Below, one piece after another: positions 1 to 9,440 of a DNA stretch of 64,000 nt. Origin of the DNA: an uncultured Candidatus Saccharibacteria bacterium. Its GTDB lineage: Bacteria; Patescibacteriota; Dojkabacteria; SC72; JAFGCJ01. Position 1 is the first letter of the stretch; every line of letters begins with the position of its first letter. Under the pieces are notes generated by a model that was not told the origin of the DNA, did not search any database, and saw only the letters and a list, made by a program, of their open reading frames with translations. The translations under genes were made by a program, and so were the position numbers. Where the stretch lies: contig CAYZTC010000001.1 of the NCBI GenBank assembly GCA_964481345.1, positions 71,766-135,765 of the forward strand, written 5' to 3'.

Positions 1-1460
1 TCTTCAAACTCCTCTTTAAAATCAAACGGTTCTTGATCTCTCCATTTTTCACCAAAATACTTTTCTAATTTTTCTTCACTACCTGACACAAGAGAATTCC
101 CTACTCTTATATTATTCTGAAGAATTGGGAGCTTAGCTTTTTGAGAGAGCACTTTGAGCAAGAGGTTAAGTTGAGCTATTTCTACTGCTTGAGCGTCGAG
201 ATCAACACCAAAAATATTCTCTTTCAGAATATCAAACTTTTCAAAAAGTGATGGCTGAGATTTTTTCTTTGCCAAAGCCTCCAAAATTTTATCGTACGCT
301 GCAATAAGAAAGGACCCAGATCCACAAGCAGGATCAAGTATTTTTATTTTAGAAATATCCTTTGGCTTTGCCTTTTTCAGTACCTCTCCTAAAGTCTCCT
401 TAACTATATAATCAACAATATATTTGGGAGTGTAATAAATACCCTGAGATTTTCTTTTTGATTTCTGTTTTTCCTTACTCTTACGGCCCTGAACATAACC
501 CAAATACTGCTCATACATTCCACCCAAAACATCAGCAGAAATAATAGAAAAGTCATAGCGATATCCATCCTTGGTCTCATACAAACCTTTTATCACCTCA
601 GCAATTACCTTATCGCTTGCTTTCCACCTCTCACAATAATGAATTTCAAAAAGCTTCGAGTTGAACCCATCATCAAAATAGCGAAAGGTCTTTACTAATT
701 GTTTATATAAGTTAGTTTTACCTCCCCTTAAAATTCCAAGTAAAATATTTTGCTCAATCTTTCTATCCTCAGAGGTACGAATGAAAATCAGCCTATCAAG
801 AATTCTTTGAACTCCTTCATCGACTTCTTCTTCTGTCAAAGTATTTTGCTTTTTAAAATCTCTTGTTAGTAAAACTCTCCAAGACATTAAGTCCTCAAAA
901 AGCTTTTTTCCAACTTGTTTCCTTTGGGTGAGCTTACCCCATTTTTCAGCTTCTTTTTCCAAAAACTTCAGTTCGAAACTTTCCTTAGACAAAAGCCAAA
1001 GCTGATCAAATCGACTTATAAAGTCCTCACACTTAATCTCAATAAAAAGACTTTGTGAAATATTCTTAAGAGGAATTTCAGCATTGAAGACTTTTATGCT
1101 TTCAAAATCAGTTAACACTGCCCAAGTAACACCTTTATTCCAGCTGTAATTAATTGCTTGTTCTGCCCATTTCAGCTCATCCAAATCAACCTTCATAGCT
1201 TTAGCCTCCAAAAACATTACGGAGATACTGTTCAGACTAAAAGCTAAATCGACCCTGCCTCCAGAAACATTTTCCTCAGTGGTAATCTCGTTATCAGTAG
1301 TGAGATTTCGCATATCCCACCCCAAAAACTCAAAAAGTGGCTCGATGAATTCATTACGCGTTTGCGCCTCATTATAGGATTTTATTTTTCCAGAATCTTT
1401 TACTCGCTGATATTTATCTACAAGTGCTTGGATTTGTTTCTTTGCCTCTTCTTTATTCAT
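1..1460 (-). CDS. Type IIG/IIL-like restriction-modification enzyme (HsdR_N-type nuclease fused to N6-adenine methyltransferase), 3' end runs off the window
   Basis: Not in ORF track; translated by hand from ATG at 1460 (MNKEEAKKQIQALVDKY...). Contains RVDLAF...FLEAK (PD-(D/E)xK-like), QAINY, AVLTDF, GIYYTP and the SAM-binding motif ILDPACGSGSFL (~305-345). Confidence 0.85.
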   Translation of the reverse strand, partial: MNKEEAKKQIQALVDKYQRVKDSGKIKSYNEAQTRNEFIEPLFEFLGWDMRNLTTDNEITTEENVSGGRVDLAFSLNSISVMFLEAKAMKVDLDELKWAEQAINYSWNKGVTWAVLTDFESIKVFNAEIPLKNISQSLFIEIKCEDFISRFDQLWLLSKESFELKFLEKEAEKWGKLTQRKQVGKKLFEDLMSWRVLLTRDFKKQNTLTEEEVDEGVQRILDRLIFIRTSEDRKIEQNILLGILRGGKTNLYKQLVKTFRYFDDGFNSKLFEIHYCERWKASDKVIAEVIKGLYETKDGYRYDFSIISADVLGGMYEQYLGYVQGRKSKEKQKSKRKSQGIYYTPKYIVDYIVKETLGEVLKKAKPKDISKIKILDPACGSGSFLIAAYDKILEALAKKKSQPSLFEKFDILKENIFGVDLDAQAVEIAQLNLLLKVLSQKAKLPILQNNIRVGNSLVSGSEEKLEKYFGEKWRDQEPFDFKEEFE

Positions 1461-1530
1461 CTTTTCACCCCCGATTTTACAGTAGTTCTTATCTTATTAA
1501 CAATAATTACTTAACTACTCTATTCGGGGA

Positions 1531-1576
1531 AAGTCACGAGAGACCATATAAACTGGAAATACCAACCGAACGAATA
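1531..1576 (-). repeat. Dispersed ~46-bp post-stop motif, copy 1
   Basis: Sense strand tattcgttcg..cagttt..ctcgtgactt; similar copies at 7792, 30503, 30743 and 49729. Confidence 0.6.
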
Positions 1577-1600
1577 TTTATTACTCGTCTTATTTAAGAA

Positions 1601-1987
1601 TTAACCCTTTATCTCTGGAGAAAAATCCAACTGATGTTTAGGTATCCCTAAACTTAACCCATACTCTACAACTTTATCATACTCAGAATGATTAGATCGA
1701 TCTACTTTGAACACTTTATTCAAGAAAACAATGTAATGGTAATGTTCGTTTTTAAAATCCGCATACCAATCATCATGAACAGTATCCAAGGATTTACTAA
1801 CCTCATTGGTCACACTTTCAATTTCTATCTCTGGAATTTCTACAGTATGCATGGTCCATTGTTTTAAATAAGGAGTATCGTGAGACTCGGTGACTTTCTC
1901 AACAACTGTTTTAACTATTTTCAATTTTTTCAGAATATCCTTCCTTGCAAGGCTCTCTTCTATGATTATTCCTTGATAGTTGGACAT
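1601..1987 (-). CDS. Hypothetical protein (128 aa)
   Basis: Clean ORF with plausible composition (IIEESL, WYADF, YGLSLGIP..QLDF); function not recognised. Confidence 0.7.
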   Translation of the reverse strand: MSNYQGIIIEESLARKDILKKLKIVKTVVEKVTESHDTPYLKQWTMHTVEIPEIEIESVTNEVSKSLDTVHDDWYADFKNEHYHYIVFLNKVFKVDRSNHSEYDKVVEYGLSLGIPKHQLDFSPEIKG

Positions 1988-2005
1988 AGAAATTAATCTA
2001 TAAAT

Positions 2006-2455
2006 TCATTGTGAGTTTTTTTTACCTTCATTAACAGTCAAAGTTAAAAAAGATGAGAAGATTGTTGTCAAAAGCTGCAAAAACGGGGATACAAATATCA
2101 TAAGAACTAACCAGCCAATAAAACTTATCTTGGGATCATACAAAATAAACGGATGACCAAAGTTTTCAAAATCTGACGTGGGATCGAAAATCATCGCAAC
2201 TGTTCTTCCCCATACAATAACCATTTGGAGGAAAGTAAATACCGATGCCAAAATTGATAATTTTAATATTTTATAGCTTTTCAGAGAGTCACTGGACCTA
2301 CTTATTTTCCTGGTAATATACCAACCTAGAGGAAATCCAAGCAGTATACAAAAGATAGGAACACCCATACCTGCACCAACACAGATTATATCAACAAGAA
2401 TATACAAAAAGATGGCAGTTTTCATATTTAGCTTCATTAATTTTTCCATAATCAA
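2006..2455 (-). CDS. Hypothetical membrane protein
   Basis: About four hydrophobic segments; in tandem with the downstream ORF. Confidence 0.7.
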   Translation of the reverse strand: MIMEKLMKLNMKTAIFLYILVDIICVGAGMGVPIFCILLGFPLGWYITRKISRSSDSLKSYKILKLSILASVFTFLQMVIVWGRTVAMIFDPTSDFENFGHPFILYDPKISFIGWLVLMIFVSPFLQLLTTIFSSFLTLTVNEGKKNSQ

Positions 2456-2509
2456 AGTATTATCTCAATAAAAAATAATTCTATTCACCTGGCTCATCTT
2501 TCGATAATT

Positions 2510-2524
2510 CGGAGAGGGCGGGAT
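2510..2524 (-). repeat. Diverged copy of the tRNA-Ser 3' end (att-like)
   Basis: Minus strand atcccgccctctccg versus tRNA atcctgtcctctccg; offset 175 bp. Confidence 0.65.
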
Positions 2525-2684
2525 GTACTCGCTTCGCTGCGTGCGGCGTGACATCAGATCACTTCGTTCTCTGTGTCACTTGAACGAACCTATTTCGTGC
2601 TTCGCACGAAAGGTTCTCATCCCAACCTCTCTCACTATTAATTTACAAACGAAGGTCTTCCGAACCCTGACAGGGGTAGGAGAC

Positions 2685-2773
2685 CGGAGAGGACAGGATT
2701 CGAACCTGCGGTTCACCATAAGGCGAACGAACGCTTTCCAGGCGTTTCCTTTAGACCACTCAGGCACCTCTCC
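2685..2773 (-). tRNA. tRNA-Ser (anticodon GGA)
   Basis: GGAGAGG/CCTCTCC acceptor stem, D-loop GAGTGG, anticodon arm aacgc-ctGGAaa-gcgtt, long variable arm, GGTTCGAATCC T-arm; CCA not encoded. Confidence 0.96.
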
Positions 2774-2840
2774 AAACAATTAACTATGCAATTATAAACA
2801 GCAAATAGGTGATGAGCTGAATATATTAGTAATTAGCTCG

Positions 2841-2873
2841 TCCCGCACCCTACGCGGTGCGGGGCACCTCTCC
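2841..2873 (-). repeat. 100-bp module: copy of the tRNA 5' end (GGAGAGGTG) followed by a 24-nt hairpin with loop GCGTAG
   Basis: 5' G at 2873 versus 2773 for the real tRNA; hairpin ccccgcacc-gcgtag-ggtgcggga at 2864-2841. Confidence 0.75.
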
Positions 2874-2913
2874 AATAAACGGCCCAATTATATCATGGAG
2901 GTAACAATATTCT

Positions 2914-3345
2914 CTAAGGATGGGATAAAATATTCAACACCGTTTGTACTATCCATAAAACAAGCATTCCAATCCCTAACCTCAAATCAATATATTTCCA
3001 AGTCATTACCACAAACCCATAATTCATCGCATAATATAGAAGTATATATGGAACAAATGTTCTCCAATCATTGAAACTGCGAAAATCGACTTTTAGCACA
3101 TAGTCGAAAAGCCACTCCAAAAGCATAAACGCTAGAAAAATTGAAAGAAAGATGATGTACCTTGTCGAAGCTTTCTCTTTAACAGCAAGAAAAATGCAAT
3201 ACAAAGTAGGAACAATGAACAGAAAGTAGTATCTACCTATCTTTCCAAGAAGATCCAAGTCTATCTTATCTCTGATAAAGAACAACACAATTAGGTAAAG
3301 ATTGTTCGCAACCCCTATTGAGAAAAATACCCACTTGAGCATCAT
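2914..3345 (-). CDS. Hypothetical membrane protein
   Basis: Highly hydrophobic 143-aa ORF. Confidence 0.7.
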   Translation of the reverse strand: MMLKWVFFSIGVANNLYLIVLFFIRDKIDLDLLGKIGRYYFLFIVPTLYCIFLAVKEKASTRYIIFLSIFLAFMLLEWLFDYVLKVDFRSFNDWRTFVPYILLYYAMNYGFVVMTWKYIDLRLGIGMLVLWIVQTVLNILSHP

Positions 3346-3360
3346 TTTTTATATGACAAT

Positions 3361-3516
3361 TCAATCCTTAACAGGCACAAAATATATAAACCATACAAAC
3401 CACACAAGGCTTATCGCTTTAACCCAACTACCCTCAGTCAACCCAATAATTCCTTGAATCCCAAGGAACCCTAAAAACCCAAGCATCCAGTTATCTCTAA
3501 GAAAACGATTAGCCAT
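3361..3516 (-). CDS. Small membrane protein, 51 aa
   Basis: Not in ORF track; MANRFLRDNWMLGFLGFLGIQGIIGLTEGSWVKAISLVWFVWFIYFVPVKD*; two hydrophobic segments, GFLGFLG pattern; fills the gap between co-directional genes. Confidence 0.65.
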   Translation of the reverse strand: MANRFLRDNWMLGFLGFLGIQGIIGLTEGSWVKAISLVWFVWFIYFVPVKD

Positions 3517-3558
3517 TGAAAAGCAAATGACAATTTATTTACTATGAACAGTATTACG

Positions 3559-4164
3559 CTATTTTATCACTTTTATTTTTTTACTGACCCCTAATTCTTC
3601 TATTCCAAAGTCTGTTCCATCCTCTGGAACTGTAACTGTCATTCTGATGTCAGCGGTATCATAATCATAAGTATAAGCAGTTTTAACAACAGATCCTACA
3701 ATATGAGCAACATCCTGAAACTCAGAGATTACTATCCGGAGGTCATCTTTTGAATAATCTCTCTCATTACAGGAAGTTATCAATTCGATCCTCTTGTCGG
3801 GATGCTTTTTATTAAATTCGTTTACACTAGTAACAACCTCATTTCCATTACGAAATTTCCACTTCCCATCGGGATACCACCCGTGACAAATGAGAACATT
3901 CACATCTTCTATATCAATATCCTCTTTACCAGCTCTAATGATTTTGAGATTTTTAACCTTGAAAGTATATGGATCATTAGGAAGTGTATCCCAACCTTCA
4001 GCGTTCTCCTTCTCTCTAGGAGGAACACCCATATTAATTCCACTCATGAGGTCTAATACAGTATCTTCCCTCTTCTTTCTCTTTGCTTGAACCTTGTCAC
4101 TTACAACATTGGGTATCCACTCTCCTAATTCCTTTACTTCAATAGGTTGTTTTGGTTCATTCAT
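3559..4164 (-). CDS. Hypothetical protein
   Basis: 201-aa ORF co-directional with neighbours; family not recognised. Confidence 0.65.
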   Translation of the reverse strand: MNEPKQPIEVKELGEWIPNVVSDKVQAKRKKREDTVLDLMSGINMGVPPREKENAEGWDTLPNDPYTFKVKNLKIIRAGKEDIDIEDVNVLICHGWYPDGKWKFRNGNEVVTSVNEFNKKHPDKRIELITSCNERDYSKDDLRIVISEFQDVAHIVGSVVKTAYTYDYDTADIRMTVTVPEDGTDFGIEELGVSKKIKVIK

Positions 4165-4188
4165 TTAGAGTAGCTATCAACTTATTTA

Positions 4189-6375
4189 TTACTCAGAACT
4201 TTCTGAACTATCTTCCCCCTCCTCTGACTCTTCCTCATCCTCAGGGGTAATATTACTGACTTTCACTGTAATCCTGTCCTCACTGTTTGGCATTCTCCAT
4301 AATATCTCTGGCACCCATTCTGGGCTGAAGTCTAAATCATAGTCCTCAGATACATAGTCCATATCCTCAAGATACCTTATTCCATCAGACCAAGACTTGC
4401 CTGCTAATGAAGATTTAATCTGGTCATCATTCAGCTGTGGCATCACAAAGCCATCTACACTCACTTCTAGTGTTACAGTACCTTCTATAAGATCATATGA
4501 CTTTATTGAAATATTTTTCTCTACATTCTCAGAAAGCTCAATATCTTCAACCTGCCCTTCAAAATCCTCCAGAAGTAACGCCTCAACTAATTCATCCAGC
4601 TTATTAATATCATAGTAAATTGCCTTACTTATCGTCTCTATACTTACATCTATTGTGTTTGCCTCTGCACCAGCTGGAGCACTAGCCTTTGCATCACCTA
4701 CAAGATCATGCTCTATAGACTCAGTCACCAGCACCCACCTTGAATTATCTGTTTTACCCTCCAACTCAGCCTCAGCTTCTGTATTTAGAGTTTCATGAAT
4801 ATTCTCAACTAGACCATCAATATCAGACTGATTAACTATTTTGTACTCTTCAGCAGAGCCTCCAACAAATGCCTCAGTATTTGTAGCATACACATCAGCA
4901 AGATTATAGTCCCCAACTGAAAACTGAGTACCAGAAACAGCGTTATACCCATCACCTATCTTTTGAGCCACAATATCTGCCTCACCCATTGTTGCAGGAT
5001 TTGTAAGTGAAACCGGATCAAGCACCACTGATTTCTGCATTACAAAATTCAGTCCTCCATTTGTAATAACAGTACCTGCATTTAACACGATCTCCTCCTC
5101 ACTAGTCTTATTAAATACAAGCACTGCACCTGTAGCTTTCTCTCCTCTTTCTTCAGTACCGGTAGTATTTGCAGTATCAGACCCATTTTTCTCTACCTCT
5201 TCGACCTTGGCTGGAATAATAAGATCATCCTCATCGATTCCATCCTCCCCAATATCTCCGATTATCTCACCTTCGTACTCTACTGATATGCTATCAACCT
5301 CAAGCGTCACAGTTACCTCAGGTAAATACCTGGATGCCCCCATTACCCCACCAGTAAGTAGTAAGAACAAGACAATCCCTAATATTATGAACAACTTTTT
5401 CTTTTTGGGGCCAGTAAACAAAGCCTTTATAGCCGAAAAATCTATCCTTTTTTTCCTTCTTGGAACTAACGGTGATACTATTGGCTTATTGGCTTTAGGA
5501 GTTTCCTTTTTAGGTAACTTAACATCACTCTTCATCTTTTCTTTTTCCTGTTTATCAAGACCCAGCAGCTCAAAGTTTGAAAAATCCTTTCCAATATATC
5601 CTCCCTTATCTCCTTTCTTAATTTTGGACTTTTTTATCTCTGGTCTAATTTGATCACTCATCTCCTCAGGCGATTGCTCCTTATCCATCGGACTACTGTC
5701 AACAGTCATCTCCAAACCTCCAACCTTAACCTTTTTTACACCTGAAATCTGACTTGCCATAGCCCCATCTTCTACACCCCCACTCACCGGACTTCCCATC
5801 GTAGGAGCCGTCTTTATGTCGGCTGTCTCAACTGGAACATCACTGATATCACCCATATCAGAATACACTGGTACAAGCTCGTTCTCATCATGTTCCTTAG
5901 CTTCATTCCTTCTTTTTTCAATCTCATCTTTTCTCACATCTCCTGCCTTTTCTGCTTCTTTCCAGACATCGTCATCTACACTACTGACAGTCGACCCCAC
6001 AGTTATTCCCGCCCTTCTCACAACGCTTCTTCCCACTTCATCATCTGTTACCACTACAATATTCTTACCTTTTCTATCGGCCGCCTCAGCTAGCAATTCC
6101 AATGAGACAGTACTTACAAGTAGATCACTTCCTGAAGGAATTGTAATCAATACATTATCCAACTTGCTTTCATCAATCTTGTCCAGTACAAATATAACCT
6201 CATCCTCAAAATTGACGTTTATACGACCTACCTTTTTACCCCCATTCTCCGTAGCTTTCGAAGGAGACGCAGGAGAATCCATCCGTTTGGACTTTGATTT
6301 TGTTAACCTCGGCATAGCTCCCGCAGAGCGGGACGAAGCCGGGGTTTTTTCCTTTGTTTTTTCCTTTTTACCCAT
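4189..6375 (-). CDS. Membrane-anchored protein with baseplate J-like beta domain (partner of the FtsA-like gene)
   Basis: Single TM helix; KATGAVLVFN...AGTVI...GDGYN...FVGG pattern; adjacent to an ftsA-like gene as in many CPR/Chloroflexi genomes. Confidence 0.65.
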   Translation of the reverse strand: MGKKEKTKEKTPASSRSAGAMPRLTKSKSKRMDSPASPSKATENGGKKVGRINVNFEDEVIFVLDKIDESKLDNVLITIPSGSDLLVSTVSLELLAEAADRKGKNIVVVTDDEVGRSVVRRAGITVGSTVSSVDDDVWKEAEKAGDVRKDEIEKRRNEAKEHDENELVPVYSDMGDISDVPVETADIKTAPTMGSPVSGGVEDGAMASQISGVKKVKVGGLEMTVDSSPMDKEQSPEEMSDQIRPEIKKSKIKKGDKGGYIGKDFSNFELLGLDKQEKEKMKSDVKLPKKETPKANKPIVSPLVPRRKKRIDFSAIKALFTGPKKKKLFIILGIVLFLLLTGGVMGASRYLPEVTVTLEVDSISVEYEGEIIGDIGEDGIDEDDLIIPAKVEEVEKNGSDTANTTGTEERGEKATGAVLVFNKTSEEEIVLNAGTVITNGGLNFVMQKSVVLDPVSLTNPATMGEADIVAQKIGDGYNAVSGTQFSVGDYNLADVYATNTEAFVGGSAEEYKIVNQSDIDGLVENIHETLNTEAEAELEGKTDNSRWVLVTESIEHDLVGDAKASAPAGAEANTIDVSIETISKAIYYDINKLDELVEALLLEDFEGQVEDIELSENVEKNISIKSYDLIEGTVTLEVSVDGFVMPQLNDDQIKSSLAGKSWSDGIRYLEDMDYVSEDYDLDFSPEWVPEILWRMPNSEDRITVKVSNITPEDEEESEEGEDSSESSE

Positions 6376-6419
6376 TATTAAACAATCTTAACCCAGGCAG
6401 ACTTCACCTCGTCTTAGCT

Positions 6420-7670
6420 TTAGCGAAGACGGGAAAAGTGTCTATCTGGGTATTTTAATTTATCCCACGCAAACCTTGCCAGACCAGCAGGTGTAATGTC
6501 AATCGAATCCTTAAGGCAAAACCTCTTATCTATAACCATATCCAGCTTTTCAGGAGTCATTACATACACCTTTGGAAATCTCATAAATTTTAACTCCTTT
6601 GTCCATGGATATTCAATAATCGCTCTTTTTAGGTCAGGAAGAAGTGCACCACCTCCACAAAGATATATAAAAGGTGGATACTGTTCAATATCTTCCATAT
6701 TCGAAAGTGCCACCCTAAGCCCTCTTGTCCATACCTCCAAGTCCTTACCTATAAGGCTCCTTATCTTTGTTGCAACATCTGTAGCAAGTTCACCATTTGA
6801 GTACTTTATTTTTCTTTCCTCTGCATGCCTATAGTCGATATTCATTTCCTGTGCAATCCTCTTGGAAAAAATCCTTCCTCCAAAGGCATAAATCTGAGTA
6901 TCTGAAACACTACCTCTTTCCACCAATACAACATCAGTGGTACCTCCTCCAATATCTACAAATATTCCACTAAAATTCTTTTGAGATGAACCCTCCATAA
7001 CCCTTGCCATTACAAAAGGTAAAGATACTACTCCCAACTCCTCCAAACTCAGATTCGACGTTATCTTTTTTAACGAATCTATATAAGTCCTTGGAGCAAA
7101 AGATGCATAAAAATGGAGCCTTACTTTATCCCCAGTAAATCCCACTAGACTATCCACCGGCATTCCCCCAATTTCCAGTCCGGTAATCGTGACATGAAGA
7201 ATCTCAATATCATCCGCACTGATTCCATATTTCTGTGACATCTGCTGTCGACCTTCCTGTAATACCTTTTCTTTCACTTTCGAATAGATACTATCTTGCT
7301 CACTTAATGTCACCTCATTTCCTGCTCTATCTTTTCTAGAATAATTTACAACTATCGAAACCCCATGCACCAACTCACCCGCAATCCCCATCACAACCTT
7401 TTTAGGCATCTCCTTTTCATCAAGGTTTTTCACAACCTCCTGTATTCCTGATTTGCAGTTTAACAATACCCGGTCCAAAGACTGAATAACACCCGCCTTC
7501 ATAGCAAGTCTTGGCTGAGGAACTCTTACTGAATCCAATATATGAACCCCCAGTTCACTACATCGAAACAGAATAACCTTCAATATCTCAGTACCAATAT
7601 CCAATGCCAGATATCTTGTATCATCAAACCGGGGTTTTGATTTTTTCTTTTGAAAAAAAGGCAGTCGCAT
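6420..7670 (-). CDS. FtsA-like actin-fold ATPase
   Basis: ALDIGTE, VDIGGGTTD, AEERK and LCGGGALL actin-ATPase motifs; not next to ftsZ, so possibly a paralog. Confidence 0.8.
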   Translation of the reverse strand: MRLPFFQKKKSKPRFDDTRYLALDIGTEILKVILFRCSELGVHILDSVRVPQPRLAMKAGVIQSLDRVLLNCKSGIQEVVKNLDEKEMPKKVVMGIAGELVHGVSIVVNYSRKDRAGNEVTLSEQDSIYSKVKEKVLQEGRQQMSQKYGISADDIEILHVTITGLEIGGMPVDSLVGFTGDKVRLHFYASFAPRTYIDSLKKITSNLSLEELGVVSLPFVMARVMEGSSQKNFSGIFVDIGGGTTDVVLVERGSVSDTQIYAFGGRIFSKRIAQEMNIDYRHAEERKIKYSNGELATDVATKIRSLIGKDLEVWTRGLRVALSNMEDIEQYPPFIYLCGGGALLPDLKRAIIEYPWTKELKFMRFPKVYVMTPEKLDMVIDKRFCLKDSIDITPAGLARFAWDKLKYPDRHFSRLR

Positions 7671-7791
7671 AAGTAAAAGTATATCACAATGTTAGGTGAC
7701 AGACCCAGCATGGGTCTATCCCCACCTCAGAGTCCAGATTTCGGCAAGATTACAACGAGATTTACTCAGTTAAACAACAAGAAAGAGGTGT

Positions 7792-7836
7792 AGGTCACGA
7801 GAGACATACTTAAACTGAGGAACCGTCGAACGATTA
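7792..7836 (-). repeat. Dispersed ~46-bp post-stop motif, copy 2
   Basis: taatcgttcg..cagttt..ctcgtgacct, beginning at the GT2 stop codon. Confidence 0.6.
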
Positions 7837-9402
7837 CTTGCTTGTTTTCCCCTCTACTGATGCAAAAAACTTCTTCCTCTCCTTTCCTACAGTAAGCTCA
7901 TATTGTGCTTGAACTTTTGGAATCAAGTAGTAAGTCCAAACGTTCACTATAGTTACTAGACTTTCCAGCATCCACCACCAAGCCTTAAATATGGAGGTAC
8001 TTCTTTTAGGGGGAGCTCCATAGTACTTGTAAATGTAAAGCTTTTGAGGAGCTTGCAATAATGTACTTGCAAGTATCATGAAGCTTACAGTCTTTGGGAG
8101 AAGATATGCAGTACTAGAATACTCAAACTCCCTATTTAAAAGTACCAAAAGAGGCATAGAGAACGATAGGAGAACACTCATTGTCAACATAAAGTTATAC
8201 ACCCGAAACAACACCATAAATCTATCTAGTTTCCTTATAATGCTAATCTTTTTATTCTCATTCATACCTTGCACTGCAATACACATAATCAGTACACCCC
8301 ATCCCCATCTAAGCTGCTGTTTATAAAGTGCCTTAATAGAGCCAATCCTATCTTTGCCTTCTACTGCATCCATTGTAATCGGAAGGTAAAATTCCTCTCC
8401 TTCAAAATCGCCATCCAGATGAAGCAGTGAGTTCCAGTAAAAGTAAGTATCTTCTGCACCAGTACTTGCATCCCAGAAGTTAATATCCTCAAGTAGTTTA
8501 AAATTTGCACAGTAACATGAAAAGGACTGCTTTGTTTTTTTCATCGAAACCCATTCTGCAACAATTCCAAGAGTCAACCCTGCGCTAAACATCCTCGTAA
8601 CTGCAGGGACTTTCCAATAATTATTTGAATATATCAATATGGCTGGAGAAAAGAATCTATTCATCCTTTTGGGGGTCGTTAGGTACTTGTAAGTAAGTGC
8701 AGACAAAAACTTCTTGTGAATTCTTGTGTCAGCATCAAATTTTGAAAATATTACATTTTGGGAATTGATCTTTTCCTTTTTTAAACGCTTAGAGACCTTA
8801 ACGCCCGCCCACCTGAGATTTGCACAGGCATCTCCCACAATTTCACCACTTATTCCTTCAGGATGATAATTATCCCAAATACCTAGAAACTTTCCTCCAA
8901 ACTCCTTTTTCAAACGTTGAATGATCTTCTTTTGCTCAATTCCTGCTCTTTCCTCCACTGCTAGTGCCAAAATTACCTTTTTCATATATGGATAATCTTG
9001 GCTTTCTATAGATCTAAACGTCTTTTTTAGATCTTCATAGGACTCTGTATATATGGGTACAAAAACTACATGATAGATGCCCGTAAGTCTTGTGGGAATA
9101 AGTTTTTTCTGCGGCAACTTCTTAAAGTTCAGCTTCTTCAAATCACCGTTCCAATCTCTTTCAATATCCCTCTGCATCCTCTTATATCCAATAACATTTG
9201 ATCCTACAACCAAAACAGACTGATAAGTGATATATGTAGCAACAAATGCAAGATATACAATAAGCCAATTATAGATCCCGAGAAGTGACATCCAAATAGG
9301 AGAAGTTGCTATTATCAAGGTAATAAGCCCCGGCATAATCCGGTACCAGAAAAATGACCTCTTCTCCGTATTGTAGTAGGACTTAATATCTGAATTCTTC
9401 AT
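7834..9402 (-). CDS. Membrane glycosyltransferase family 2 (processive type)
   Basis: FDAD, AEDT and QQLRW (QxxRW) motifs; flanking TM helices. Confidence 0.88.
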   Translation of the reverse strand: MKNSDIKSYYNTEKRSFFWYRIMPGLITLIIATSPIWMSLLGIYNWLIVYLAFVATYITYQSVLVVGSNVIGYKRMQRDIERDWNGDLKKLNFKKLPQKKLIPTRLTGIYHVVFVPIYTESYEDLKKTFRSIESQDYPYMKKVILALAVEERAGIEQKKIIQRLKKEFGGKFLGIWDNYHPEGISGEIVGDACANLRWAGVKVSKRLKKEKINSQNVIFSKFDADTRIHKKFLSALTYKYLTTPKRMNRFFSPAILIYSNNYWKVPAVTRMFSAGLTLGIVAEWVSMKKTKQSFSCYCANFKLLEDINFWDASTGAEDTYFYWNSLLHLDGDFEGEEFYLPITMDAVEGKDRIGSIKALYKQQLRWGWGVLIMCIAVQGMNENKKISIIRKLDRFMVLFRVYNFMLTMSVLLSFSMPLLVLLNREFEYSSTAYLLPKTVSFMILASTLLQAPQKLYIYKYYGAPPKRSTSIFKAWWWMLESLVTIVNVWTYYLIPKVQAQYELTVGKERKKFFASVEGKTSK

Positions 9403-9440
9403 AATTACTTACAATGATATCTTTTAACAGAATTACCAAA

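Noticed and set aside
2523-2783. ORFs 2523..2783 (+) and 2576..2779 (-)
   Set aside because: They overlap tRNA-Ser and its structured flank; spurious.
4189-6375. Prophage or contractile tail locus
   Set aside because: The baseplate J-like gene is solitary, membrane-anchored and paired with an FtsA-like gene; no other phage genes are present.
7698-7722. Additional RCRTDG-loop hairpin upstream of the FtsA-like gene
   Set aside because: The loop geometry differs and there is no gene-start copy 100 bp upstream of 7670.
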